Position numbers and translations under genes: made by a program. Below, piece by piece: positions 40,250 through 53,450 of a DNA stretch of 64,000 nt (within the stretch, counting starts at the first letter, position 1; every line of letters starts with the position of its first letter). Location of the stretch: assembly GCF_001194135.2 (NCBI RefSeq), contig NC_068991.1, positions 78,205,396 through 78,269,395 of the forward strand. Direction: 5' to 3'. Under the pieces are notes generated by a model, which was not told where the DNA came from, did no database searches, and worked only from the letters and a program-made list of their open reading frames with translations. The DNA is from Octopus bimaculoides. Lineage: Eukaryota.

Positions 40250-42221
40250 CTATATTCATCTTATGTATTGGGCAGTTCATTTGCCACACTGAGGTAACCG
40301 CCACCTGGTGGTGCATATCATACTTAACTATCGGAGATTCCACAAAGAGAAAGAGCTTAGAAAATGCCTTCATCCAATAGTTTTGTCTCATTTCATCATC
40401 GTCGTCGTCGTCTTCATCATCATCATCATCATCATCAGTATGACCACCGTCATCAGCATAACTCTCTATTGAGTATCTTCTTCTCTTAGATTATCTCTAC
40501 TCAAATGAGGATGTCAAACATTTTTGCAGTTGAGTACTTTGGTCAGCATTCCTCCAGGGTGGATAACATAAAGTTTCTGTCATCGCTAAAGGTCGATAAT
40601 ATAGACTAACCTCTTCTCTTGATCCCTCGAAAAATTACTGGCCTTGTGCCTAAATCAGAAACTATTATTGAAGGCAATGGGCCAGCAGAATCGTTAGCAC
40701 ACCGGACAAAATGTTGAGCGGCATTTCATCCGGCTAGAATCTTGCCGAGGTTAACTTTGCCTATCATCCTTTCGGAGTCGATAAAATAGAATATCAGTCA
40801 AACTGTATAAGTGTGGAATTGAACTTCTGGCACAACGATGGTAACAGACGAGAAAATATATTCTGATGAATAAACGCTTTTCGTATGTAACTTGTTTGAA
40901 TTATTAATTAAAGCTTCTAGAGTGTAATACGACGAAGCTTTAGACTCGACTTGGCACGTGCAGGTACAAACCTGCGCAAGGATTATCTTTTTTGATTGTT
41001 TGTTTGTTTGTTTGTTTACTTTCCTGATATCGACAGGCAATTTTTTTATTTGCTAAAGTATTAATGGATAAACTATTAAACAACCACACAATTCCTTGCT
41101 CTTTCTCATCTCCATGATGTAGTGATGGCTATTCCGAAAGACCGTCGATCAACTGCTAAACCCTTCTCACGGGTGTCATGATTTATTTATTAACCCTTTA
41201 GAATTTTTTCCTTTTTTTTTTTAGTGGTTATTTGGCTGTCGATAAGAAGCACCGTCTGGGCTTCTTTTTCCTCTGTTTTGTAGAAGACTAGTGGTTGTCC
41301 ATGCATGCAACATTCCCCCTGTTCTATGCCACCGTTGTTGCCTGACATTGCCGCATCGTCACAGACGTTGCTGTCAAAACGCAAAGGGCTTCAACAGATA
41401 TTGCAAGGCACGCTGTTATTTCCGCCGATCCATCGCATTGGATTGCTACTTTTTATCGACCCTGAAATGATGGAATTCTGGGAAAAGACAGATGGAACAC
41501 ATACTGCGATACATTCTGTCCACCACACAAACGACTCTCACAATTAATTGTCTTTCTTCACGTCTAAGTGTAATATCATTATTACAAATCTGCTTAATGG
41601 TTCTCTGAGTATTCTTTACCAAGAAATTTAAAGTAAATATTTCGCTAAGGAGGTTTAATAACTCTAGAACATAATTGGAGTTGTGTCTCTTATTCCGATA
41701 TTAAAAGCAACAGTAGGCAGCTTAATGCATTGAATATGTTCATTCTAACTTAATTCAGATACATCACAGCCATTGTATCGACCGCACTATCCGGTGTTGT
41801 TATACACCGCTAGTCACAATGCATTTCCTTGCACTGCTGTAAAGACAGACGAAATACCGCTAAGCATTTCGACCGGCGTACTAACGCTTCTGCCAGCTCG
41901 CTGCTTTACTTAGTTTAAATATTGTAGAACCCTTCATCCAAATATTTCTTATTCGCAGGAAAACTTCAACGTTTTTCCACAAAACTGAACGAAAATCCAG
42001 AGAAATGAATGTTGTTTGGATCGAAACCGGATCTAAAATACAGCTGGCTGGGTGGACGTTATCTCTTTTCAACAGCGTTCGCAGGCTGTCGATTTTTGGA
42101 GGAATATGAACTGGGGAATGAAGTCTCATTGCTTGAAGATTTTCTTTGATGTTTAGAAAGCTAATTAAAAAAGAAATTGTTTTAATGAAGAATAAAATAT
42201 AAATTGCAAAACAAAATGGCC

Positions 42222-42790
42222 ATCTCCGACGTGCATCAGCTTGGTCTTGGCCCAATTCACCTGAAGGCCAAGCTTTGCTGATCCTTCTCTGTGCATCCCT
42301 GAGCTGGTCGATCGAGTTGCTGAATAAGGTGGTAGTGTCCACATACTTCAGGTCAGTAAGGCGGTAGTTGCTGAAGGTAACGCCAAAGACTCGCTCACAA
42401 ATTTTGGTCGTCAGATAATCGATAACACAGCTGAAGTGGTCAAGATCGGCCACGCAGCTCCGTCTGATCCCGCTGTTGATGGGGAACCAGAGTTTTCCCG
42501 TTCATCCGCACGCAGCCCTCGGCACTGTTATAGAACTGTTGGAACAGGACGGTGACCTTGAGAGGCGAACCGACAAGCTTGAGAATTTCCCGGAGGAATG
42601 TGTGGTCGACTGTGTCGAAAGCTGCGTTGAGGTCGATGGAGGCGGTGAAGAGGTGGTGATCATTGCTAGACGTGATTAACAGAGATCTCCGGAGGCTGGA
42701 TGTCACTTTGACGGATGCAGAGGAGCTAGCACGTGACCATCAGCGATGCCGAGCACTGGTGGACCTGGGACCACTAACCTGAGATGACCC
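42222..42790 (-). mobile_element. RTE-clade LINE RT fragment
   Basis: IDLNAAFDTVDH...G.P.KV..L...Y..AEGCVR; LTDLKYVD (YADD remnant); LGLQVNWAKTKLM. Confidence 0.8.
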
Positions 42791-42984
42791 CAGCCCAATC
42801 AAGCAAAAGCATGAAGCGAAGCGAAAATAAAATGAACACACCAATATCCTTCCATCACTCAATAAAAATTAATATGGTCGCTTGATGCAATCGCGCGAGA
42901 CATGGATAACCTTTTTTCGAAAAGCGGATCGCATGACACAGGGACCATTATCAGCAGACCGCAATACGAAAAAAATGTCAATGA

Positions 42985-43930
42985 GATTTGTCATTTGGCT
43001 CACCATTCAAAAAGTCCTGCAGGCCGCAATTTTCCCATGACTGATCAAGAGGGCGGAGGTTGCAGAGGTGTTTATCGCTTCTGTAATCACCTACCGCCTG
43101 ACCGTCGTGCCTTGCCCCGATTCGTGGCTGAATAAATTGAAGCGCATGCTCTTTCGCTTCTTGTTGAGGGGTAGCAGACCTTTTGTAGGGCGCTCTATCT
43201 GCTGCCAAAAGCCGCTGAAGAGTGGGCTGGGGATGCCGTGGCTAAAAATGCGCAGACATGCGCGGAGGCTTAGGCACCTCTAGCTTGATCTGGACAATGA
43301 GCAGGTGTGGTCTCCGTTCGTCAAGCTGTTATTTCCACAGTTCACATCGTTTACCGAACTGGACCCATGGATCAAGCGTAGGCCGAGGTTGGGCGCGTGG
43401 CATGCAGAGTACCATCAGGTACTCGTGCTTCTCTCCCAGGACTACCTCGACGTCTTGGGAGAAACCCTAGGCTTCGGCGAAGATCAACTTGCCAACCTAT
43501 TCCAAATAACATTCGGGCCGGGGCCTATGGATAATTACCAGAAGTCCCTGCCCTGGCAATGTTACAAAGGAGCTTCACCGGTTCGAGATAAGCTCTTTAG
43601 ACACGGATGTGCGCCTTCGCCGGTTTGTACAAGATGCGAGCAGGACAGTGAAACTGTAATTAAGATCATTCTGTCGCCCTCTCTGAATAGGAAGGAGCGA
43701 GTCTGTTTTCTCTCGGTAGTTGCTGTTGCGAAAGAGGTCGTATGGAAGACGAGAGTGAAAGGAATTGCAACGGGCGTGTTAATCTCCAGTCTCGGGTTAA
43801 TCGACTTTTTCGTTTCCCACTTTTTCGTTTATTCATACGTCTCGTCCCATTCGATCCCCTCACCCCAATGTTTGTTTTGTCTGTCCTCGTATCGTCCCCT
43901 CTTTTTCTCAACCTTATATGGTTAATAAAG
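42985..43930 (+). mobile_element. 5'-truncated L1/Tx1-clade LINE ORF2 3' part (RT C-terminus + zf-RVT)
   Basis: FIASVITYRLT...LNKLKRMLFRFL...PLKSGLGMP; WQCYKGASPVRDKL...CTRCEQDSETV; AATAAA at ~43924. Confidence 0.85.
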
Positions 43931-43974
43931 AAATTGACTGATCAAGGAATTACCTCTTTCACTGCAGTATCTTC

Positions 43975-44019
<45 letters not shown>

Positions 44020-44472
44020 NNNNNNNNNNNNNNNNNNNNNNNNNNNNNNNNNNNNNNNNNNNNNNNNNNNNNNNNNNNNNNNNNNNNNNNNNNNNNNNNN
44101 NNNNNNNNNNNNNNNNNNNNNNNNNNNNNNNNNNNNNNNNNNNNNNNNNNNNNNNNNNNNNNNNNNNNNNNNNNNNNNNNNNNNNNNNNNNNNNNNNNNN
44201 NNNNNNNNNNNNNNNNNNNNNNNNNNNNNNNNNNNNNNNNNNNNNNNNNNNNNNNNNNNNNNNNNNNNNNNNNNNNNNNNNNNNNNNNNNNNNNNNNNNN
44301 NNNNNNNNNNNNNNNNNNNNNNNNNNNNNNNNNNNNNNNNNNNNNNNNNNNNNNNNNNNNNNNNNNNNNNNNNNNNNNNNNNNNNNNNNNNNNNNNNNNN
44401 NNNNNNNNNNNNNNNNNNNNNNNNNNNNNNNNNNNNNNNNNNNNNNNNNNNNNNNNNNNNNNNNNNNNNNNN

Positions 44473-44513
<41 letters not shown>

Positions 44514-44739
44514 ACGCACGCACGCACGCCCGCCCGTCTTTCTTTCACTTTCTCTTCTCTTTCAGTGTTTTCTCTCTTCTCAAAACGATCCATTTGTCCT
44601 GCTGCGGTGTTTTTCTTATCTTCAATTCTTTCATTTTTCTTTCTCCTTTTTTGTTCTAATTTGATGTGACTTGAAAGAAGCAAGACGCGAGCAAAACCTC
44701 TCCGAATGCTGGACTTTCTACTCTCACTGTGAAACTATT
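44473..44739 (+). promoter_or_regulatory. putative promoter / non-coding first exon of vasohibin
   Basis: CpG-retaining stretch with a GC-box-like CGCCCGCCCG (~44527). It ends at the U12 donor-like motif and lies upstream of the CpG-depleted gene body. The TSS is not located. Confidence 0.35.
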
Positions 44740-47563
44740 GTATCCTTTTAATAAGAGATTCATTCTTCGTTCTGGTTTCGAATCTCACTTGTTGACGACT
44801 TCCCAGACAGTTTTAAATAAGTATTATTTAAAAGAAGAATTTTTATTTTCCTTTTCTTTTTGCGATAAAATTATAATCGCCTTCGAAATACTGGTCGATA
44901 TAATTCACTGTCCACTCCCTTAAAAAATCCCCCGGGGGGAAGGGTTTTTTAAAAAATTTAGTTGCTATGGAAGAAATCATGTAGAAAACATTTTATGTTC
45001 AGGTCAATTTAATTTTAAATAAGAACCTTTCACATATCAGGAAGGGGTTCGATCTTTATCGCCTAGACCAGGGGGTCAGTAGAACGGTCAGTATTGACAC
45101 CTGTGGTGGGTGGGGACCTGTATAGCTATCCAAATGATTTTGAGCATTGAGCGTGCTGAATTATTAAGGAATTGAATTTGGAAGAACGTCGGTAAATTAA
45201 GGTTAAAAACTCACTAATTGCCAACCAAATACCGATACAATAACTAGCTTTCACCAAACACAGATTTCCCATTAAATATTCCAACTACATCGATATAATA
45301 TGATTGAATTTTTATTGTTCTTTATCAATTTCGTTAAGTATTTTCCATAAATTTCTTTAAATATTTCTTATTAAAATATAGTAATAATACAAAAGAAGCA
45401 GAGAATTATTGATTTTAAATCTAGAAATTTTTTATTAATTTCGCATTTTAATTTCATTAAAAAATTTACCTGAGGGAGTTTGATAAGTTATCGACATACC
45501 TATACAGGTGTGCCCACCTCTCACCTGCAATTTTATTTCCTCATAACTTTCAGTGAATATTTATAGTGACATTTTCTTCAAATACCTTTCAGAAGGTGTA
45601 CATTCTGTTTATACTGGAACCTGTTGTGAAAAACTATTTTTCATGGGTAGGGAGAGGAATTTTTGGTAATTCACATGAGTTGNNNNNNNNNNNNNNNNNN
45701 NNNNNNNNNNNNNNNNNNNNNNNNNNNNNNNNNNNNNNNNNNNNNNNNNNNNNNNNNNNNNNNNNNNNNNNNNNNNNNNNNNNNNNNNNNNNNNNNNNNN
45801 NNNNNNNNNNNNNNNNNNNNNNNNNNNNNNNNNNNNNNNNNNNNNNNNNNNNNNNNNNNNNNNNNNNNNNNNNNNNNNNNNNNNNNNNNNNNNNNNNNNN
45901 NNNNNNNNNNNNNNNNNNNNNNNNNNNNNNNNNNNNNNNNNNNNNNNNNNNNNNNNNNNNNNNNNNNNNNNNNNNNNNNNNNNNNNNNNNNNNNNNNNNN
46001 NNNNNNNNNNNNNNNNNNNNNNNNNNNNNNNNNNNNNNNNNNNNNNNNNNNNNNNNNNNNNNNNNNNNNNNNNNNNNNNNNNNNNNNNNNNNNNNNNNNN
46101 NNNNNNNNNNNNNNNNNNNNNNNNNNNNNNNNNNNNNNNNNNNNNNNNNNNNNNNNNNNNNNNNNNNNNNNNNNNNNNNNNNNNTCTCTCCGTCTCTCTC
46201 TCTCTTCTCTTCACCCTAAGTGCGTAGCTTTTGTGCCTATTCTGTGGTGAGACATGTTACATTCCGTTTCTTAAAAACATTATCACGAGTTAACAAGGAA
46301 GAAAGGGAGAGGAGTTGGAGTTTTTGTTTTGTTTTGTTTATCTTTTTATATATAGATCTTTAATTGTAAATGTATTTGTGTATGTATATGTATATAATAA
46401 TATGATACTGAACTAATTGTATACAGTGCTCGGGTGCACTAGAACCAGAGGCGGACTTGCCAGCTTGCCCGATAGCAAATGGGCCCCTGCGCTATTAGAA
46501 TCTATATATGGGGACACATGTTAGTATCCAAGGGGCCCATCCCCTCAAGTTTGAGAATTCTTTATTCACTCCTGGAAGAATGCATTAATCATTTCAGCCT
46601 GGCTGTGTTTGTAGACAGTTGTAAAGAATACTTTTAACACAAAAAAAAAATAAGCGATAGCATTGTAGTTGCGGGTGGGCTTCCTAGTAGTTGCGGGTGG
46701 GACCCCTTGTAGTTGCGGATGGGCACCCTAGTAGTTGCGGATGGGCACCCTAGTAGTTGCGGGTGGGACCCCTTGTAGTTGCAGGTGGGCCCTCTTGTAG
46801 TTGTGGGTGGGTCCTCTAGTAGTTGCGGGTGGGATCCCTTGTAGTTGCGGATGGGCACCCTGGTAGTTGCAGGTGCGCCCCCTAGTAATTGCAGGTGGGC
46901 CCCCTACTAGTTGCNNNNNNNNNNNNNNNNNNNNNNNNNNNNNNNNNNNNNNNNNNNNNNNNNNNNNNNNNNNNNNNNNNNNNNNNNNNNNNNNNNNNNN
47001 NNNNNNNNNNNNNNNNNNNNNNNNNNNNNNNNNNNNNNNNNNNNNNNNNNNNNNNNNNNNNNNNNNNNNNNNNNNNNNNNNNNNNNNNNNNNNNNNNNNN
47101 NNNNNNNNNNNNNNNNNNNNNNNNNNNNNNNNNNNNNNNNNNNNNNNNNNNNNNNNNNNNNNNNNNNNNNNNNNNNNNNNNNNNNNNNNNNNNNNNNNNN
47201 NNNNNNNNNNNNNNNNNNNNNNNNNNNNNNNNNNNNNNNNNNNNNNNNNNNNNNNNNNNNNNNNNNNNNNNNNNNNNNNNNNNNNNNNNNNNNNNNNNNN
47301 NNNNNNNNNNNNNNNNNNNNNNNNNNNNNNNNNNNNNNNNNNNNNNNNNNNNNNNNNNNNNNNNNNNNNNNNNNNNNNNNNNNNNNNNNNNNNNNNNNNN
47401 NNNNNNNNNNNNNNNNNNNNNNNNNNNNNNNNNNNNNNNNNNNNNNNNNNNNNNNNNNNNNNNNNNNNNNNNNNNNNNNNNNNNNNNNNNNNNNNNNNNN
47501 NNNNNNNNNNNNNNNNNNNNNNNNNNNNNNNNNNNNNNNNNNNNNNNNNNNNNNNNNNNNNNN

Positions 47564-47631
<68 letters not shown>

Positions 47632-49070
47632 AACCCAGCATGGAGTCAATAGCTAACTAGCATTAGTACTTAGTGACACAAATACTTGAGATGGTGAACA
47701 AGTGCTTCATAAGACCACTTCGGGAAGTGATGGTCCTGTAGTTCTTGTCACAGCATGTTTTGGAAAGGGATAGAGGTAGCTCCTTTGATATCTGCCCAGC
47801 ATTGTAAGTCCAAGAAAACAAAACCTAGCCGAATGCTTCCTCATAGAATAACAAAAGCTGTCAATCAGCTTCAATTCACTTTCAAGAAGCTGCATTTCCA
47901 GCAACCTCCTGCAGGTGGTTGAAATGAGCTAGAAGTCATCTTGGATCACCTTTGCCGCTAGATCTATATTTAAGAGTGATTCAGCGAAATGTGGAAATGA
48001 ACACCCTCACTCCCCACCCCAATCTCACTCTTCTGAATCTTCACATTTGCTTCATTTTTTTTCTCTATTTCTGCACTTAAAAAATTGTATTTGTTTAACC
48101 CATCAAATTCCCACATCATCTTAGGTTAAACATTCAATTCTAATTTCAGTGACCTAATTTGGCTTTGACACAGGTATATTCCCAAGACACCTGTAAAAAA
48201 AAAAAACAGCTCCTTCATTCTGTGACTAAGAGACAGTTTACTTCCATCACCTTTTGTCAGCTTCTTTCTGCCAGCTTCAAACTTCACTGAGACTTAATTT
48301 TCACACACACACACACACACACACAAACTTCTTTCTTGTGAGCCTGGAACCCTTTACATTTCCTTTCACACATTTAGTGGAAGACTACCAAAAGACATTC
48401 CATGTAAACAAACAGTTGTCCACAACACACAAATGTGTGTGCTTTCTTCCAAATCCTTTCTCTCTGAATAAATCTGTACAATTCCAGCATCCAAAACAGG
48501 CATTACATGATTAAGAAGAGGCAATAATTATAGACTTTGTAACATCAATTTATTTCAGTAATTCAGAAATTACTTATTACATCTCACTTGTTACACATAT
48601 TCTGTAAAGATTCAGAATAACTATATATCTAATACAGTTCTATATTTAAGAGATGAGGAATTATGTACATTATTTACATTATTTACATTTGACAGATATT
48701 TGTCATCATTTGTGGTGGTGGTGGTGGTGGTGGTGGTGGTGGTGGTGGGAAGTGGGGTGAGGGTTTTTCTTCATCATCATCATCATCATCATCGTTTAAC
48801 GTCCGCTCTCCATGCTAGCATGGGTTGGACGATTTGACTGAGGACTGGTGAACCAGATGGCTAACACGATTCATGTACTGGCAGTTTTTTCATATTTTGG
48901 AATTTCAATTAAAGGATTATCACTTGTGATAAACTTGCAAACAAATCATAAATCAATGTGTATTTCAATGTTTCCTTTTTCTTTTTCATTTTTTTTTTTA
49001 TATAATGCTAGTTTTTATAATCTTGTCATATAAAAGAAAAACAAGAATTCCTTGATGCTGTACCTAACAG
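44740..49070 (+). other. candidate U12-type intron in the vasohibin 5' UTR
   Basis: GTATCCTTTT at 44740; TTCCTTGAT at 49048-56, 15 nt before the acceptor ctaacAG (49070), which is 21 nt upstream of the ATG. Confidence 0.5.
46663..46914 (+). repeat. GC-rich minisatellite, 21-22 bp unit TAGTAGTTGCGGGTGGGACCCC, running into a gap
   Basis: About 11 visibly tandem, slightly variant units. Confidence 0.9.
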
Positions 49071-49091
49071 ATAAGTCGAGCAATTGGCTGA

Positions 49092-49304
49092 ATGTCAGTT
49101 CGTAAGGCAACTTTACCTTTAAGGCAACACAAACACAATGATAAATTAAAGCATAATGCCGGCTGTTTCTTTTGGGTCAACCAAAATGGTTTACCACTGA
49201 AAGAAGAGACGTGGGAAAGAATGTGGTCATTTGCTGCCAAGCAACATCCGGATGGAGAGAATGTTATTGAAAGCGTTAGAGTTCTTAGTGATAACCTTCC
49301 AAAG
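49092..49304 (+). CDS. VASH: vasohibin coding exon C1 (71 codons)
   Basis: ATG at 49092 with an in-frame TGA immediately upstream (49089-91); encodes GLPLKEETWERMWSFAAKQHPDGE; donor AAG|GTAAAT at 49305, phase 0. Confidence 0.9.
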
Positions 49305-49890
49305 GTAAATTATTGTATAATTCTCTAATATTTGTGAATTCTTCGAAAATGAAAGATTAATTTAAAAGCTGTGACAGTAGAAATGTTGAGGGCTTGACAA
49401 TGGGAGGTTAATGTAAGAGCCACTGCAGAAGGAGTGTCGAAAGTTGACAGTGGGAGGGTAAGAGAATAGCCAGAACAATATTTGTCCTGAGGAGGTTAGT
49501 TAATGGGAAGTTAATGTAATAGCCACTGCAGTGGGAGTGTCATGAAGTTGACAGTGGGAGGATCAAGGAATAGCTCCAGCGGTGGGGCTGAAAGTGGGAG
49601 GATCATCAAATAGCTGTAGCAGTAGTAGGAGTGATAAGGCTTTGAGAGTAGGAGGATAATGAAATAACAACAGCAGTGGGAGTGTCAAAGATTGAGAGTG
49701 GGAGGATCTTAGAAAAGCAGCAGCAGCAGCAGCAGTGAAATGAAGTTGATTGATGGAGGGGTGGGTGGGAGAGTAGAAGATCAGAAAACAACATGAACTG
49801 CATAATTAATTAGATTCGTTAGCTTACAGGTATTTCAACAAAGTAAATGAAACAATGCTATGCAATGCATACTACTCCATATTACCTGAG

Positions 49891-49926
<36 letters not shown>

Positions 49927-49952
49927 GAAGCTGGATCTTTATATTATACATT

Positions 49953-49983
<31 letters not shown>

Positions 49984-51182
49984 TTGTGCATGTGTGTATG
50001 TATGTATGTGTGTATGTACGTGTGTGTGTGTATGTATGCATATATTTGTGTATGTATGCATGTATGCATGTTTATGTAGGTGCATATGCATGTGTATGTA
50101 TATTGTATATGTATATATATTTACATATGCACATATGTATGTATGTATGTATGTATGTATGTCATTGTTCAATTTTATCAGGTCATCCCATAAGTTCTGT
50201 CCGGTGTTATCTTTTTTAAAATTGAATGAAATTTAATAGTATTTTAGAATGTCTAATGGAATTAAAAATTATTTTTATGCATTTGTGTACATTTAAACTA
50301 ATTATATATCATTTTACAGAATAATAGAATTAAAATTTCTTTGATTAAAACCCTTTATAACATGGAAGTATCCAAAGAGCATTTAAGGCACATAATGCTT
50401 TATGAGTATAAAAAAAAGAAATTCTGCAGCCGAAGCGACTCGAAACATGCACTCAGTTTATGGGAAAGAATGCTTGAATGAAAGAACTTGCAGAAGATGG
50501 TTTGCAAAGTTCAGAAGTGGAGATTCCAGCCTTGAAGATGAAGATCGAACAGGACGTCCAGTTGAATTTGATGATAAGCTCCTTGATGCATTACTTGAAG
50601 AAAATCCTGCATTATCATTTGAAGAATTGGCAATAAACCTTAGTTCAAACCATACAACTGTTCATCGTCATCTTCAACAACTTGGAAAGGTTCCTAAACT
50701 TGGAAAATGGGTGACTCATGAATTGTCCGAAAGCAACCGTAAATCCCGAGTTGACATCTGCTCTTCTCTCCATTGTCACGAACTCATTTCACCCGAGAGG
50801 TTCTTCTCTCTATCTGGTGGGATTGCAAAGAAGTAATTCACTTTGAATTGTTACTACATAATGCAACAATCACTGCTCAAGTCTACTGTCAGCAATTAGA
50901 GCATTTGAACCAAGCTTCGAAGAGAAAAAGACCTGCTTTAGTGAATTGAAAAGGAGTGATGTTTCATCAGGACAATGTGCGACCCCAAACTGCAAAGATC
51001 ACATCACAGAAGATCAAAGAGCTTGGTTGGGAAAAAATTCCTCATCCACCTTATTCTGCCGACCTTTCTCCTTCAAACTACCATTTGTTTCATAGTTTAC
51101 AGAATCATTTAGGGGACATAACTTTCACAAGCCAGGAGGAGGTTAGTAAGCAAGCTACTTGCCACACACCCACTCCTGTGCC

Positions 51183-51257
<75 letters not shown>

Positions 51258-51357
51258 TGGAGTAAGCATATAAATGTGAAACAAAACTGTCCAGCGAACA
51301 GGAACGTGAAACTCTGAGTAACAGTTTTTGTGATATTTCTGCTGCTTTTCAATAAAG

Positions 51358-51398
<41 letters not shown>

Positions 51399-53391
51399 GC
51401 ATGCATACATACATACATACATACATACATACATACATGCATACATACATACATGTATATACACACACACACAGATATATGCATGTACACACTACATACA
51501 TACTGCTACTCCCTGATCCCGTCACTCGTCTTTACTCTTACGACACCAATGAAAAATGGAACCAGTTTTTCTTCCCTCAAACTTCCTCTCTCACTGACAT
51601 AGATTTCACTATTATCTCTTTGGATGTTGTTCTCCTTTCAGCTCTGTTCTGAATATGAGAGCAATCCATTGAAGTTCAGCAAATCTTAATATTTTAGTCT
51701 GTTTCTTTTTTCCTGGATCTCTATATTCTAAATAAAACACATGGTCTTTCTTATTCTGTACAACAACCGAGCCAGTGTGATTTTTCTCTTTGTTGTGATT
51801 CACAAAGTCATTTGGAATAAGGAAATAAAAAGCTTTGCTGGTTACTTTCTTTCCTTTCTTGGTGCTCTGTTGCCAAGTCCCAGAGGCCGTACTCTCTGTA
51901 CTAAATAGAGAGAGTTGCCCCTTAAACTTCCTTCGGGTGCAACACAGTGCAGCGTTTGTGTTGAAATACAGAAGGTGACGTCATGCACATTGTGTTGTTG
52001 CAGGTAGTATTGCTTCACATATCTCCTCCTTTCAACGCCCACCACCAGCTCACTCATGCCAAAAGCAAGGTGAGTGCATAAGCTTTTCATGCTGGTCCAT
52101 AACCTCTCCATTACCAAGATCCCAATCAAACCACCATGCTATAACCAACGGCAACTATGTCCCTGTGAGCATTGACTAATTGGTTGGAGATTACACTCAC
52201 TCACACGTGTCACGCATCTATGTATACGCACAGACACGCATACATATATATATACACATACATTCACAAACACACACAGAGATTACTTCACAAATGCCAT
52301 GCTTTGTTCTTCCCCCGCCCCCCCAGCTAATCTCTGCATGCATGACAACATGACAAATTGTAATCCCTTGAACCAGATATATTTGACTTCCACAAATGTT
52401 GTTCTCTCTGATTAGTTTACACTTGTGTCGTAGACCTGCTTGAACAGATCTTACCAAGCTTATTCAATAGTTTTATCATGAGTCAATAAGAGACCCTCAC
52501 CATGTTCCCTCAGCCTGCTAGAAATAACAGCCAATTCTCCTTTAAATTGGCCAAAGACGGTTATATTATGTCTATCAAGACAGGATGGTCATGGCTGGAA
52601 AACTTTTGGTCATATGTCTGATAGGCCAAGCCTGATTTGAAATGGACAGCAACAAAACCAACAACATTAGTGGACACATAATGAAGTTTCAGTTAGGAAA
52701 TTATAATAATGATTTAATTCTTAAACTTTTATGTTGATTCTATAAATGAATTAAGAAAATAGGAAACTTATTGTGTCTTGGGCTGGTCATTATGCCAATA
52801 ATAATAAACACCTGAACTGGTTTAATATCACTTCTGTATTGAACCAGAGCAGGTGTTTATTATTATTGGTGCAATGACCCTCCCAAGACACAACATGGTT
52901 TGTTTCAACACATGAATTCACATCAAGAACCTTGCAAACCCATAATGAGATAAGAAAATAAGAAAACACATTGGAAATTTTATAGGACACAAAATAGTTT
53001 AAGTAATTAATTAGTTATATATACCTGTCTTTAAATAGCCATCCCAATATGGCTGCCTTTGAATAATTGGTTAGATGCACCTGTTTTTAAGGAGCTGAGG
53101 TGCAGCTGTGTGGCTAAGAAGTTTGTTTCCTGACCATGTGGTCTCAGGTTCAGTCCCACTGCATGGCACTTTGGGAAAACATCTTCTACTATTACCCTGG
53201 ACTAACTAAGGCCTTGTGAGCAGACTTAATGGATGGAAACCATCCTACGAGCAGTGTTGTTCCTTTCCAGTCTTCTAAACATGGGGAAACAGGTGAGGGT
53301 TGGTGACTGGAAGGGCATCCAGCCATAGAAAATCTCTCTCAACAAATTCCATTTGATGCATGCAAGCATAGGAAAGTGGACATTAAACAGA

Positions 53392-53450
<59 letters not shown>

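Noticed and set aside
46663-46914. Regularly spaced repeat considered as a CRISPR-like array
   Set aside because: Units are contiguous with no unique spacers and the context is eukaryotic; it is a minisatellite.
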